Below are positions 1 through 13,477 of a stretch of 64,000 bases of DNA, piece by piece. Below the pieces are notes generated by a model. It did no database searches. It worked only from the letters and a program-made list of their open reading frames with translations, and was not told where the DNA came from. Source of the stretch: Octopus sinensis (Eukaryota). Made by a program: the position numbers and the translations under genes. The stretch's first letter is position 1. Every line of letters begins with the position of its first letter. The stretch covers positions 196,788,001-196,852,000 of the forward strand of contig NC_042997.1 of the NCBI RefSeq assembly GCF_006345805.1, in the 5' to 3' direction.

Positions 1-849
1 TTATTCATTCTTTAATTCCTTACTAATATAGTTCTGGATTAATAAACTAAAACATTAAGTTATAAATTTCGAATTTACAATTTGTGCCTTACACAGGGAT
101 TTAACAACTTATACATATTTCTATAATCCTGATTGAAGATTCTGTTAGCCGGGTTTTCTTTAGATTGTGTTCTTATAGAGATATTCGGTTGGATTTCAGT
201 ATACAAATATTTTTTAAAGCCGAAGGAATATAAATTGAGAAAAAATAATTTTAGATGTCGTTGGTTAGTATAGTTACATGACATTTCAATATATCAATGT
301 AGGTTTTCATTCTTCTGGAAATCTACGGAAGAAAGTGTTGATAGCTGACTTCTTTAATATGTAGTGTGTGTGTGTACGAAGAGTAGTTCTGCATATATCT
401 CTACTAATCTAACGAATTGATGCATGGACGTATGGAGCTTCGCTACTGATTTTCAAAACCATATTTAAAAACATGTAAAAGTCACACTGTATGCTACAGT
501 TTGAGCGTTTCCAAATATGTGCCATTTGAAACATCATTATTCGTATGCATGTTAAATATATAGTATGAAATATATTGATATAATGTCACTGTGTTAGCAT
601 TAGAGTACTATATTTTGCTAACTTTTAAACTCAAAAACATGAACTGTGTATTTTATAAAAAACAGGGAATGCACTGGCAGATTTTTACCTTCCGCAAAAA
701 ATCTACCTATAACATGTTTTTATACTTTATCCAAAGTCAGTCACGAATTTCTAAAAAAATTTAGTGTCATTGAGTTTACATTTTCGCTGGATGAGAGTCG
801 TGATAATGTGCGAAATTTTATTTTGAATATGTCACAGTTAAGGACCAAG

Positions 850-893
<44 letters not shown>

Positions 894-1330
894 CAATAGT
901 TCAGTGTGCCCAAAGTAGGTTACAGTTATCACGTAGACACTTTGAATTTCTTTTAAAACATTTTTTTATATTTCAATTTCTATCTTACAATTAACTAAAT
1001 AGCATAGAGATAATTATTTCATATCATTTTATAATTAGATCTAAACTGTTAATCTATGAATGCGAATGTTGGATGTATTATGTATATGTATGTATATACA
1101 ATATATATATATATTATATATGTAAAATAATAATAAATGATATGTTAATTATATTATTATTAGATAATAAATCGTATGGTAGACAGATGTTAGCTTGCTA
1201 ATAAAACACGTTTACTTCACAGTGTTCGTTTGTTATTTGAACAATGGGAAAGACGGAGGACGGAAGATACCGGAATTTTATCTATAATAATAAATGACAA
1301 GTTTGTGTGTTTCTGAATATATATATATAC

Positions 1331-1492
1331 ACGACGAGCTTCTTTCAGTTTCCGTCTACCAAATCCACTCAGAAGGCTTTGGTCGGCCCGAGGTTATAAT
1401 AGAAGACACTTGTCCAAGGTGCCACGCATTGGGACTGAACCTAGAACCATGTGGTTGGTTAGCAAGCTACTTACCACACAGTCACTCCTGCG
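1331..1492 (-). mobile_element. SINE family A (tRNA-derived), 5' part only
   Basis: Reverse complement of the head cgcaggagtgactgtgtggtaag...ggttcagtccc (pol III box A/box B-like) plus the central aaagcc...ggatttggtagacggaaactgaaagaagc block shared with the full copy at 6241-6632. Confidence 0.9.
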
Positions 1493-2439
1493 AGTATGCA
1501 AATTTAAAATTTCAAAGGTGTCGATACTTGTGACGTGTACATTCTAAAAATAAGGACAGTATAAGGAATCAATAAATTGTAATAGTTATTCAAAAAAACT
1601 AAACGCATTGAGAGTCGACACAGACCAGCATGAGTTGTAAAAAAATTGAGTAATTGTGAAAAAACACGAGATGGAAACATTTTCACAAACTGCACCAAAT
1701 GAAAATAACACATTTGTATTTTATTGAAATGAATATAAATGTTTGAAAGTTGTAAAAAAAATTGTTTAAATGTTTAAAAAATTGAAATAAAATAAATAAG
1801 AAACCCACTATCAGAATTATCAAATTTTCTAGTAATTATAAAATATATTTATGAAAACAAATTATCGATAACGACAATGTTTTTGTTATTCATTCCAGCA
1901 ATTCATTGTAATTAAAGGTTGTTCAGACTACAGAGTGAATTATTTGCAACTTCTATAATAAAATACAGGAATTAAATATTAAATATTGTACTAACAAACC
2001 TGTAGAAAATGCAATTAAAACAATCTATGGAAATTGATAAATAATAATATAAATTCTTACTTTAAATAAAAACTAAACAATGAGATAAAAGTTTTCGAAA
2101 TTTTATCAAATTTCTGAGAGAGATGGGCGAGAGAAAGAGGGAGAAGGGGAGAGAAAAAACTATTTATGTATAAATATATAGTAAAAATATTTCATCAAAC
2201 CCATTTCTGAACTCATTAACACAAAAGGAAAAAATATAAGAAAAAAGAAAAGCAAACTTAAATCAATTATTTACCAGAAACAAAGGAAACATTTTTGAAG
2301 AAAATTGAGTAAAAAAGTTAAATAATTCACGAGAAGAAATGATAAAATATTCGAACCGACAAAATTTTCAATTTGGAAAATTCCTGGATGCAATTATTTT
2401 AATTTCAGACATAGCTTTTATGCAGTCTCCTTCAGTTGA

Positions 2440-2627
2440 TTACACACACACATATATATATATATCAACATATATATAAATATCCATATATACACACATA
2501 TCTACATATATGTATATGCATGCATTTATATTCATAGATATATATATACGAATATATGGATATATGTATACAATGTATATATGTGTGCAATGTATATATG
2601 TGTGTGTATCTATATGTATGTGTATAT

Positions 2628-2661
<34 letters not shown>

Positions 2662-2690
2662 CATACATGTATATGTATGCATATATCCTA
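2440..2690. repeat. Compound (TA)/(CA)/(TG) microsatellite
   Basis: Direct inspection; source of the YI/HT-rich ORFs in the track. Confidence 0.95.
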
Positions 2691-2854
2691 CCCATTATAA
2701 AACGAAACAATCAAGAGATCAAAGTTTTAGCAGGCATTTAGTAACGAAGCCAAGAATACCTTTAAGATCAACTTGTAATTTCAACATAATAGTGGTATTA
2801 TTATGTCCTCATTTCATAACATTTGCAATTAAGTTTTAGGTAAGAAATCAAGCT

Positions 2855-3613
2855 GTAACGCTTTCTGAAGAAGTTCCCTAATGCGTGAAGTAAAAACCTT
2901 CGTTTTCAATTTCAGACTTGTCAGATTAAAAACATTCCTTGTTCGATATTTTATGTAAATACGCTCCTCAGAGTTTGAAAAGCATGTGACAACATCAAAG
3001 TATATTGCAAAGAGGGTGGGTGTATCAAGGTCTCCTTGCTTTACTCCATTTTCCACGGCAAAAGATTCAGAGATCCTCCCACCAAAGTTAACTCTAGCTT
3101 TCATATGTTGATGCAAAGCCTTAATCACGTCTACAAATTATCCTGGTCAACCTATTTTCCTTAGAATTAGCCACAGAGCATTTCGATTAACAGTATCGAA
3201 TGCTTTACTCAAATCAACAAAGCAATGGTACAGAGCAAGATTCTGTTCAATGCACTTCTGTTGTAATTATCTGATAGTAAAGATACAATCAGCTGTGCCC
3301 CTGGAGAAACGAAAGCCTCATTGAGACTCAGGCACTATATTTGGAACTATGAAGGTATTTAAACGTTCTAACAAAATGCGGGCAAGTACGTTTCCAACTA
3401 CTGACAAAAGCCAAATTCCACGAATATTACCACACATATCCTTTGGCCCCGATTTATACAAGGGGACGAAAATGACATCAATCCAACCTTAAGGCACTTT
3501 CTTGGTTCTCCAACAAATTAATATATTTAAGAGTTCAAACATTTTGTCACCCCCATATTTCAAGACTTCTGCACAGATTCCATCAGACCCCGCAGTCCTA
3601 TTGTTATTCAGCT
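2855..3613 (-). pseudogene. RTE-clade (BovB-like) LINE reverse transcriptase fragment, disrupted
   Basis: Minus-strand conceptual translation, with stops and frameshifts, gives RT motifs: TAGSDGICAEVLKYG, PLYKSG, GFRFSRGTADCIF, FVDLSKAFDTVNR, VENGVKQGD. Confidence 0.9.
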
Positions 3614-3619
3614 GTATCT

Positions 3620-3656
<37 letters not shown>

Positions 3657-4039
3657 CACAAACAAGTAGAAGGATCGATTTCATATCACTGGATCGTATT
3701 CAAAAGGAAGATCAAATACCTAGTGTAAATAAATCTCTTGCTATAGGACGAAACCTATACCACATCATTGCATAAATCTCTCGCCACAGGACGAAACCTA
3801 TACCGCATCATTACATAACCGATACATACAATATCAGGAGAGTAGGATTTCCAGTACGGGAAGAAGCAACAAAAGATGAAAAATATAAGATAACAGCAAT
3901 AACTAAAATACATTGAAAAAATATATCAAGAAGCATCGTATACTTAGGCACTGTTATTATTACATAAGCTGTAATACATGACTGACTATATTGGATATGC
4001 ATTTGCATAAACATTCTTCTCTGTCTTATTATTATTATT

Positions 4040-4755
4040 GAATGAGGGAGCAGTGCATGCTATCAAATTGACACTGGGGTACATATACACGAAGCCCAAT
4101 ATACTCATGACTACCTATCATGATCACCGGACTGATAAGGCTACACCAGACACATGCAGCATAAGACACTGGGGTACATATACACGAAGCCCAATATGCC
4201 CATGACTACCTATCATGACCACCCATCTGTTAAGGCTACACCAGGCACATGTAGCATATGACACTGGGGGTACAAATACGCGAAGCCCAATATGCCCATG
4301 ACTACCTATCATGACCATCCATCTGATAAGGCTACACCAGGCATATGCAGCGTAACTATATGTGCGCGACATGGTGCTCTTATATCATGAAAACAGCACA
4401 TGACCTTGCAAAGGGAGCCCAGTTAGATCTTCGGATTGAATAGCCCATTCCCGCACAAATGGTCTCTTAAGGGTTGCTTAAGTATGTTGAATAAAAACAC
4501 ATCTTTCCAGAAGTGAATTATTCAAACCCCAACGAATTCCTCTCAACACATGGTTATGATACTTCCCCACTACTTCTGCTCGTGATCAGTGATGCAGATA
4601 TCGTCAGACACTAATAGACATGCTCACCTGGTTAAGGTCAAGCAACTGACAAGGAAATCTGTGGTATTGAGCAGAATATTTGCTGTAGCCCATCTTTTAT
4701 ACCAAGACAGAACAATGTACATGATAACACTTCCAATCAGTTAGGGTCAAAGGCC
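4040..4755. repeat. Interspersed repeat of unassigned class with an internal triplication of a 95-bp unit (4070-4354)
   Basis: gacactgggg... recurs at 4070, 4165 and 4260 (period 95). That the flanking part is an interspersed repeat is from recall only. Confidence 0.7.
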
Positions 4756-5644
4756 ATGAAGGGCTTTTATTATCATTATTATTATCTATGCATGCATGCA
4801 TGCATACATGCATACATGCATACATACATACATCTTTACGCCTGTATGTGTTCGTATAAATAATTCTATATGTATGTATATGCATACATATATAACATTT
4901 ATACATACATATATGTAAACATGTATATCTATGCTTATATATGCATATAGATATGTACATATACACAGATACACACACACGCATATATACACACACATAA
5001 AATATTAAAAAAAATAACGATAATATATAGCATTGGGTAGCAAAAATAAAGTGAAAATATAATGTTGGACTTAGATCAATATAACAAATAGCTGTTAAAT
5101 TTCAGTAGACAGCGTATCCATTTTATAAAATATCACACGCGCACACAAATGTATGCAAAGCGTAGTTTATAGAATTTATCTACTTTTGAAATAAAAACGG
5201 TTGCTGAATATGAGTTTTCTCGCGTTTAAAAGCCACCGCATGGAGTGTTAATGTATGTTAACACCAAGCGTCGACAAGTAGCGGTACTCTAAATTAGATT
5301 TTAGCTAATTCAATCAATTGAAATTAACTGACTATATGGAATATTTTACTGTGAAATAAAAGTAAGATTTCTCATCAAAAGAACGATGTTCGTTTGCGAA
5401 AATATTAATATTTTGTCACTGTGAAATAACACTTTATTTTGTGGTTTCGATATTACACTTACGGCTATAACACCATGCGAGCTCCAGTTAAAAGTGTGAA
5501 GGATCATCTAACTTGTTAGAACTTTCTAGTTTTTAGTCACTGCAGCAGTAAATTGGTGACCATAAACGAACTTGTTGGTCTCTCTCTCTAATATTTTTTT
5601 ATGCATTTCTTTCGACATAAATGGTAAACGGAACAATATCTTTT

Positions 5645-5865
5645 AATTTTTAACTTGCTACAGTCATTGTATTGCGACCAGGCTGGAGCACTACCTTGAT
5701 GGATTAAGTTGAATAAATCGACTCCAGAATTTTCTTTTTCCATTTAAGTCCTGTAATTACTGTATCGAAGTCTATTACCGAATCACTAATTTACGGGGAC
5801 GCAAAGAAAACAACATCCATTGTCGAGCGGTGGCGAGGGACAAGCAGAAACGCAAACACACATGC
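5645..5865 (-). mobile_element. SINE family A, degenerate 3' half
   Basis: gcgaccaggctggagcac...aatcgactccag...ttacggggacg matches the family A 3' block. Confidence 0.7.
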
Positions 5866-6153
5866 ATACACACACACACCACACACACATATATATATAA
5901 GGATACATACATATACACACACATGCTCTCTTTCACCCTCTTGTACTATCTTATATCTCTCCCCACCACTACATACTCAATAATACTATAACAAGGGTCA
6001 AAATTCCTGCAAAAACTTAGATCAATTTGAAGACTCCACTAGAATGGATGAACGCGCTAATATATGATATATGATGTATAAAAACATGTAACATACTAAT
6101 AAATATCTGTAAATATAAAACCATCCAGATTTCTGAGTACCTCATTTCTTCTA

Positions 6154-6184
<31 letters not shown>

Positions 6185-6193
6185 ATATATTAT

Positions 6194-6236
<43 letters not shown>

Positions 6237-6240
6237 TATA

Positions 6241-6629
6241 TAGGCGCAGGAGTGGCTGTGTGGTAAGTAGCTTGCTAACCAATCACATGGTTTCGGGTTC
6301 AGTCCCACTGCGTGCCATCTTGGGCAAGTGTCTTCTGCTATAGCCCCGAGCCGACCAATGCCTTGTGAGTGGATTTGGTAGACGGAAACTGAAAGACGCC
6401 TTTCGTATATGTGTATGTGTGTGTGTGTTTGTGTGTCTGTGTTTGTCCCCCTAGCATTGCTTGACAACCGATGCTGTTGTGTTTACGTCCCCGGTTCGGC
6501 AAAAGAGACCGATAGAATAAGTACTGGGTTTACAAAGATTAAATCCCGGGGTCGATTTGCTCGACTAAAAAGGCGGTGCTCCAGCATGGCCGCAGTGAAA
6601 TGACTGAAACAAGTAAAGAGTAAAAAGAG

Positions 6630-6632
<3 letters not shown>
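6241..6632 (+). mobile_element. SINE family A, full-length
   Basis: tRNA-like head (tggctgtgtggt / ggttcagtccc), central conserved block, internal (TG)n, 3' gctccagcatggccgcag...gaaacaagtaaagagtaaaaagag tail. Confidence 0.93.
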
Positions 6633-6684
<52 letters not shown>

Positions 6685-6844
6685 ACGTTACTAATATACT
6701 CAAGGGAGAAGCTAAATTATTCGGTAAAATCACAATCAAGTTCTGAAGTCGTTATAATCCATTGATTATTCCCAAACTCCAAATCTGTGCATTTTACAGA
6801 CCTGTCCCTATTACTTACCACGCTGAATTATTAACTTCTGCTAA

Positions 6845-7075
6845 GGCCGAGAGCTGGCCGACTCGTTAGCACGCCGGGCAAAATGGTCGCAGCATTCTGT
6901 CGTCGTTATGCTCGCAGTTCTAATTCCACCATGGTCTATTATTATTATTTTTTTTACTTTTAATCTTTCGAGGTCGATAAAATAAACAGTAGTTGTGCAC
7001 TAGCGTCGATCTGATCGACGAAGGCCCCTAACCCAAACTTTCGGGATTGTGCCTATAGTTAAAAGGATCATTAAC
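6845..7075 (+). mobile_element. SINE family B, diverged
   Basis: gagctggccgactcgttagcacgccgggc head, gaggtcgataaaata core, gattgtgcctatag...aaggatcatt tail. Confidence 0.75.
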
Positions 7076-8494
7076 ATCTCAAGACTGCTGTTAGCTTAAA
7101 GAGTATCTTTCCCGGACTAGCACCGAATCTTTTGTTAGTTATGTGAGTGGGGTTGATTTTATTCGATGTTTTTTATTGAGCGAAATTTAGTGAAGTGAAA
7201 CTGAAGTAAAAACTGAATGTGAAGGTTTGAAGTTTGTTTTTAAGTAAACAGCGTTATCGTAGTTATCATACGTCATTCAGTGTAATATTGGAAAAAAAGT
7301 ATATACACTGATAGATGGCAGAGATTAGTGTCAAATAACTGATATCCTGGAACTGCAATATTTTGGTGAATAAACAGAAAAAAAAAATGGAATTTATGGT
7401 TGTCTTCGAGTCCCAGTTTTAAATCGTCAAGAACATAGCAACAGTATATCGACTTAAAGCCAGTGAATTGTAAATAAACGAAAAATATATACGATAAAGA
7501 TGGATGGTTTTTATGCAGCAGCAACAACAGCAGTTTCAATAACAAGATGTTAAATTAGCATTTCTGTCCTCTCCAAGAATTGATAGTTATTTTATGTAAT
7601 TTCTAAAGAATATGTTGTCGATGATAAGTGTTCCGCTCATACTTATCTGTGAGTACAGATCAATGAAGAAGACAAAGAAAGTTGTTTGTTTTCGATACTG
7701 TTTTTGCTTTAATCTCTACGTTTGTCCTCCTTCATGATGTTATTGCGCAATAAATTACTAGAAACAAAATTTACATTTGTTGTATTTTATGTAACTTTTA
7801 TTGTTAATATTTTGATTTTGAGTAAAATAGGTGTTTATTAGAATATGATGAATATTTTACTCGAACGTGAGCGTTTTTCGCCGCCATATTCACACGACGT
7901 AATGGTATTCATTAATATTGAAACTATCAAAGCCTACACTGGCTGACACTCCAATTATGGCGGTGTCATAGGTTACAGATTCTACATAAGATAGATGCAA
8001 AAGTATTTCAGTTTAGATTATTCCTCAAAAGAATAATGATAAGTGAAATAAAATAAAAGAAATATGGTTAAAGATGATACTCAATGGACGAATAAACCAA
8101 GGCGATTATATATCTTGATCGATTTTCTGTTGGATAGAATGAAAGCAAAATTTATTGATAAGATCTAGGATTTTTGTACGTAATCTTTTGCTCCTTTCAG
8201 TCAGTAATTCCAAAGGCGCTTATAAAATAACTGCACATTTGGAAATGTCACTGACTCTCGAATCTCTGAACATTAAAAAACATGGATAGCTTTTGTTAGA
8301 AACAAACATTTCAGTGGCGATTATCGATTGGAAAATCCAACGAAAACAATAACACCAGTGATGACCTCTTGTCGTCTGAAGTCCTATTAATGCATAACCC
8401 TCGTGGCATTAATACGAATGCAAAAGATGAAGCGGAGATCAGTCGCATCAATAGGAACGTAACTCACGAGATGACAAAACAAACACTTACAACA

Positions 8495-8640
8495 AATATT
8501 AACAAAACAAAAAAAACAAAACAAAAACAGCAGCAGCAACAACAACAAGAAGCATTTACAACAATAATATATAAAAAAATGTAGAAGCAACAACGACAAC
8601 AACAATGGCAATATAATTATAAACAAGAATGTTGCGAAAC
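8495..8640. repeat. (CAA)/(CAG)-rich low-complexity tract
   Basis: acaacaacaa / cagcagcagcaacaacaacaa runs. Confidence 0.85.
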
Positions 8641-9002
8641 AACAGAAGAAATGTACGAGTGAGATAGCAACAGTTACCATGGAAACGCTAGCCGCATTAT
8701 GTCCAGTAGCTATTGTAGCAGTAAATAGGGGTAGGAGGAGAAAAAGTGATGGTATTATTATTATTATTTGTAGTACTAGTAGTTGTAGTAGTTGCAAGAA
8801 CATCGATATTACCGAATAATGACCACCAACAATGTTAAGAGTGAAAATAACAAGTATGAATACAAGCTAAATGGCAGAAGAAATGGATTGGAGTCTGTAG
8901 AAGAAATAACGGCGTAACTTTATTCCAAACATGGCCATAACTACTGGAAAATATCGTCAATATCAGTGACAATATCTACAAGTGCCGGCACCATAATAAT
9001 TT

Positions 9003-9210
9003 CCTTCTTTATTATCCCACAAGGAGCTAAACATAGAGGGGACAAAAAAGGACAGACAAAGTGCGTAACTGGTACTTAATTTATCGACCCCCCCGAAAGG
9101 ATGAAAGGCAAAGTGGACCTCGGCGGAATTTGAACTCAGAACGCAACGGCAGACGAAATACGGCTACGCATTTCGCCCGGCGTGCTAACGTTTCTGCCAG
9201 CTCGCCGCCT
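9003..9210 (-). mobile_element. SINE family B
   Basis: Reverse complement of ggcggcgagctggcagaaacgttagcacgccgggcgaaatgcgtagccg...gagttcaaattccgccgagg (box B-like GAGTTCAAATTC). Confidence 0.9.
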
Positions 9211-10002
9211 TTTTATCCATCTAGTTATCAATGTCGACGACATCTCCGCCATGACCATGATCATCATCAACAAGAACAACAAGAATAACAACGCTGTTGC
9301 CTAGAAGCAATAAGGAAGCCTCAAATCGTGACTTTGAGTGAATCTATGTCATCGCACGATCTGCTAGAAATAGCAGCCAAGTACCCTTCAAAGTGCAATC
9401 TACTGCCTTTGACAACGAGACCATTAGCTAATGTAATCTTGAATTCCCATCACAGGAAAACAACCTCACAGCTCTACCACACAAGGTAATCAGAGTTGGC
9501 CTGAGGTTTTCGTGTTTTTCTTGAACCGCAGAACTCCCTAAGCTGGTTACCCGGTTACCCAGGTATCTGAGCACCATGGGTGATAAGTGACCGATATGGC
9601 AGCATTGCTCCCGAATGGGGCGCCGGGCCTTTGCTAGGATCAAGGCCAGGAATTTTTGAAGAGAGGAAGCAACTTGGTAACATCAAACTCTGTATTTCAC
9701 TGGTATATATTTTGACCCCAAAAGGATGAATGGCAAGATTCACTTTGCCGCGATTCGAACTTAGAACGTAAGGAGATGGAAGAAATGCCGCTAAGTATTC
9801 TGTCTGATTATGCTACTGATTCTGTCGGTCCAATGCTTTGACCTGACTTTAAGCATTGATAAACCCCAGTTAACATTGTGTGGTACAAACGTTGATATAT
9901 ATGTATATGTGTATCTACCTAACTATCTATATATGTATATATATATATATATATACATATATAAAATGAATTATATATATAGTATAAAATATATATATGT
10001 AT

Positions 10003-10174
10003 GCACGGCTGTGTGGTAAATAGCTTGCTTACCAACCACATGGTTCCGGGTTCAGTCCCACTGCGTGACACTTTCGGCAAGTGTCTTCTCCTATAGCCTC
10101 GGGCTGACCAAAGCCTTGTGATTGGATTTGGTAGACGGAAACTGAAAGAAGCCCGTCGTATATATGTAAGTATA

Positions 10175-10205
<31 letters not shown>

Positions 10206-10427
10206 GTGTGTGTGTGTGTGTATGTTTGTGTGTCTGTGTTTGTCCACCCAACATCGCTTGACAACCGATGCTGGTGTGTTTACATCCCTGTAACTTAGCG
10301 GTTCGCAAAAGAGACCTATAGAATAAGTACTAGGCTTATAAAGAATAAGTCCTGGGTTCGATTTGGTCGACTAAAGGCGGTGCTCCAGCATGGCTGCAGT
10401 CAAATGACTGAAACAAATAAAAGAATA
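10003..10427 (+). mobile_element. SINE family A, near full-length
   Basis: ggctgtgtggtaaatagcttgc...ggttcagtccc...gctccagcatggctgcagtcaaatgactgaaacaaataaaaga. Confidence 0.93.
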
Positions 10428-11205
10428 TATATATAATATATATGTGTGTGTGTTTGTGTGTGTGTGACCAGAGAACCACCACAATTGCTTAATTCATTAA
10501 TTTGTTTGTAAAACAAGGAAGATGTTTTTGTTTCAATGTTTCAGAAATGACTAACTTCGATGAAGAGGGCTTTAGAACTTAGGTGCTAAATTTATCTCTA
10601 CAGTTTTTAGAGTCCCCTCTGAAAGTTACAACTTTTCGTATACGCAAATATGTATGTAAATTGGTCTATCCAAAAGTGCTACACCACTAAACTTAGTAGA
10701 ATGTTTAAGCAATGTCCGCGCGAGTAGTTAATCTGTTGGATGTGGTGCTGAAGAAAGAGCAATAACTCCGAAAACATGTATATACACCCATTAGATATTT
10801 TTCTGTTTGCAATCGCACTGTTTACATAGGTGTATTTGTATACGAAACGTCGTAACTTTCAGTTCTGCCTCTAAGTTCTTTAAAAAACATGTAGAGATAA
10901 ACTTAAAAGTGATCTTATTACACTGCTTAGATGTATTTTTATATAGTTTTAATTTGGTTTTTGTATTTATTTTGCAGCATTACTGATGTGAACTCGTGAA
11001 TTCAAACAGATTTTGTGGTATCTCAGGTAGTTATGTCAATAATAAGCACATACAAGGATTCTGTTTCACTTCTTTTATTAGTAAATTCATTAACATTTGA
11101 CCAATAAGGGAACTGGTTGCTTCATTAGCGGCTTCGTCAATCAATCTATCAGCAAGGCTTGTTGAAGTTCTTTCGTTGCCGTTCGTGACGTCATCAATGA
11201 CGTAC

Positions 11206-11255
11206 CTTCTCTACTCCAGGTCAGCTTGAGGTCTGTCTGCCCGTATCAGGCCGGC
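11206..11255 (-). other. Candidate 50-nt exon (all three frames contain a stop; possibly terminal or non-coding)
   Basis: Minus strand: branch-like cactaat, polypyrimidine ttgtttgtctgcctgtttcag|, donor-like AAG|gtacgt; AATAAA about 130 nt downstream; locally GC-rich unique sequence. Confidence 0.3.
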
Positions 11256-11417
11256 CTGAAACAGGCAGACAAACAAGCGATTAGTGAATTGGTTAAATGT
11301 TGATGAATTGACAACTAAAAGAGAAACAGCACAAGTGTATGTGTTTATTATCGACATAATGACCCTCCCGAGATACAAGATGTTTTGTATCACGCATATG
11401 AAATTCACATAACCTAT

Positions 11418-11800
11418 GGAAGCACTCCGTCGGTTACGACGACGAATGATCCGGTTGATCCGAATCAACGGAACAGCCTGCTCGTGAAATTAACGTGTAA
11501 GTAGCTGAGCATTCCACAGACCCGTGTACCCTTAACGTAGTTCTCGGGGATATCAGCGTGACAGAGAGAGTGACAAGGCTGGCCCTTTGAAATACAAGTA
11601 CAACAGAAACAGGAAGTAAGAGTGAGAGAAAGTTGTGGTGAAAGAGTACAGCAGGGATCACCACCATCCCCTGCCGAAGCCTCGTGGAGCTTTAGGTGTT
11701 GTCGCTCAATAAACACTCACAACGCCCGGTCTGGGAATCGAAACCGCGATCCTATGACCGCGAGTCCGCTGCCCTAACCACTGGGCCATTGCGCCTCCAC
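11418..11800 (-). mobile_element. SINE family C, full-length, with 11-bp TSD
   Basis: Head gtggaggcgcaatggcccagtggttagggc...ggtttcgattccc; 3' end cgtcgtaaccgacggagtgcttcc; acataacctat at 11407-11417 and 11801-11811. Confidence 0.95.
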
Positions 11801-12449
11801 ACATAACCTATATTATCTAGTGGTTAGGGTAAATGGTTTCTAACCCGGAAGCCAGGAACGATTCCCAGCATGGGGACTAATTCGTTTCGTCCGCCTGTAG
11901 GCGAAGTTAGTGTTTGTAAGACAGCGATAATGCAAGTTTGTTAGCAAGTCGGAGAAAATGTACAGCAGCATTATTTCCGGCTATTTAGATTTTGGTTTCA
12001 AGTTCTTTCATGGTTAACCTTGTCTTTCACTTACTGGGGGACGATGAAATAAAGTACAAATGAAGGACCGGAGCCGACGCAATTGTTTTGGCCCTTCCCC
12101 TAAAAGTAGCTACATTTCTATAATCTATTTACGATTTGCCCTCAATCCCCGTCGATGTCAATTTTGACTTTAATAAAGTCAATATAGTACCAGTCAAATA
12201 CAGGACGACGTAACTGATTTACCCCTCCCCTCAAAAGCTGCTGGCCTTATGCCAAAACTAAGAGAATTATATTATCCACTAAGAAACTGCGACGAGATGG
12301 CAGATAACTACAACTGTTTTTTATCGTTACGTATACTTCGTATGCGATTGGATGTGAAAGGTATAACTACATCTGTTGCTAGGCACTTCGTCGAGACTGT
12401 TTCAGAAGTCACAAACACACGCCAAAAAAAAATTTTTTTTTAATGTATT

Positions 12450-12596
12450 GATGCAGGTAGAGCTGTGTAGTTAAGAAACTCGCTTTACGAACTCGTGGTC
12501 TCAGGTTCAGTCACCTTTGCACGTGTCTTCTTCTATAGCCCCAGGCCATGCGAGTGGATTTAGTAGACGGAAACTGTGTGGAAGTGGCAGCCCGCC

Positions 12597-12598
<2 letters not shown>
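12450..12598 (+). mobile_element. SINE family A, degenerate 5' half
   Basis: gctgtgtagttaag...ggttcagtc...gagtggatttagtagacggaaactg. Confidence 0.75.
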
Positions 12599-12631
<33 letters not shown>

Positions 12632-12859
12632 ATATCAAAGGGTAATCAGAAATATTAGAAATATCCATTACCAGTGGTCTAGCCGGTAAAAATTTAGTCA
12701 ATATTCTATATATTATTCATATATATATATATATATATATATACAGTGTACATTTAAGCACATAAAACTACCTGCACGCTTGAGAGGACAGTTAAATTCC
12801 AAACCACTATCAGGGATAAAATTTCGAAGGGAATGAAAAATAAAAATATAGGCGAGCAT

Positions 12860-13050
12860 ATACGTGCGAAACAAGGTGGGGAAAATAGTATTCGAATACA
12901 AAGGTAGAGTAATATGCTTTTTTATTGAAGCTGCAAAATTATCACAAGACGGTTTTAAAAAACTAGAGTATTTATCATAAGTGTCCGACAAACAGAAACG
13001 TGTAACTCTGGGTAACAGTTCTGTGATAATTTTGCAGCTTTAATAAAAAG
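12860..13050. repeat. Short element with a 28-bp inverted repeat (12919-12946 / 13022-13049), possible PLE pseudo-LTR relic
   Basis: tttttattgaagctgcaaaattatcaca vs tgtgataattttgcagctttaataaaaa (1 mismatch). Confidence 0.55.
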
Positions 13051-13074
13051 TGTGTGTGTGTGTGTATTAATGAT

Positions 13075-13415
13075 GTGGAAGTGAAATGGCCCAGTGGTTA
13101 GGACAGCGGGCTCGTGGTCGTAGTATCGCGGTTTCGATTCCCAGACCGGGGATTGTGAGTTTATTGAGCAAAAACACGTAAAGCTCCACGAGGCACCGGT
13201 AGCGGTGAACCATGCTGTACTCTATCACCACAACTTTCTCTCACTCTTTCTTCCGATTTCTGTTGTACATGTCTTGTAACACTATGCCACGCTAAATCTC
13301 CCCGAGAACTACATTTTGGGTACACGAGTTTGTGGTGTGTTCAACCACTTGCACGTTAATTTCATGAGCAGACTGTTCCTTTGGAACCCTCGTCGTCGTA
13401 ACCGACGGAGTGCCA
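13075..13415 (+). mobile_element. SINE family C, diverged
   Basis: atggcccagtggttaggac...ggtttcgattcccagacc ... cgtcgtcgtaaccgacggagtgc. Confidence 0.88.
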
Positions 13416-13477
13416 CGACGATATATTAATGCGTATGTAATATATCTATATGTGCGCGTGTGTGATATAGCGCACGC

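Noticed and set aside
646-918. 90-aa plus-strand ORF
   Set aside because: No recognisable domain, ends in a (TA)n read-through, no splice or homology support.
10735-10795. CTGAAGA...CTCCGAAAACATGTA motif
   Set aside because: Mismatched first stem II pair, extra A and weak stem I; at most a dead relic.
11806-11875. tRNA-like stretch tctagtggttagg...cgattcccagc
   Set aside because: A cloverleaf cannot be completed; degenerate tRNA/SINE head, not a tRNA gene.
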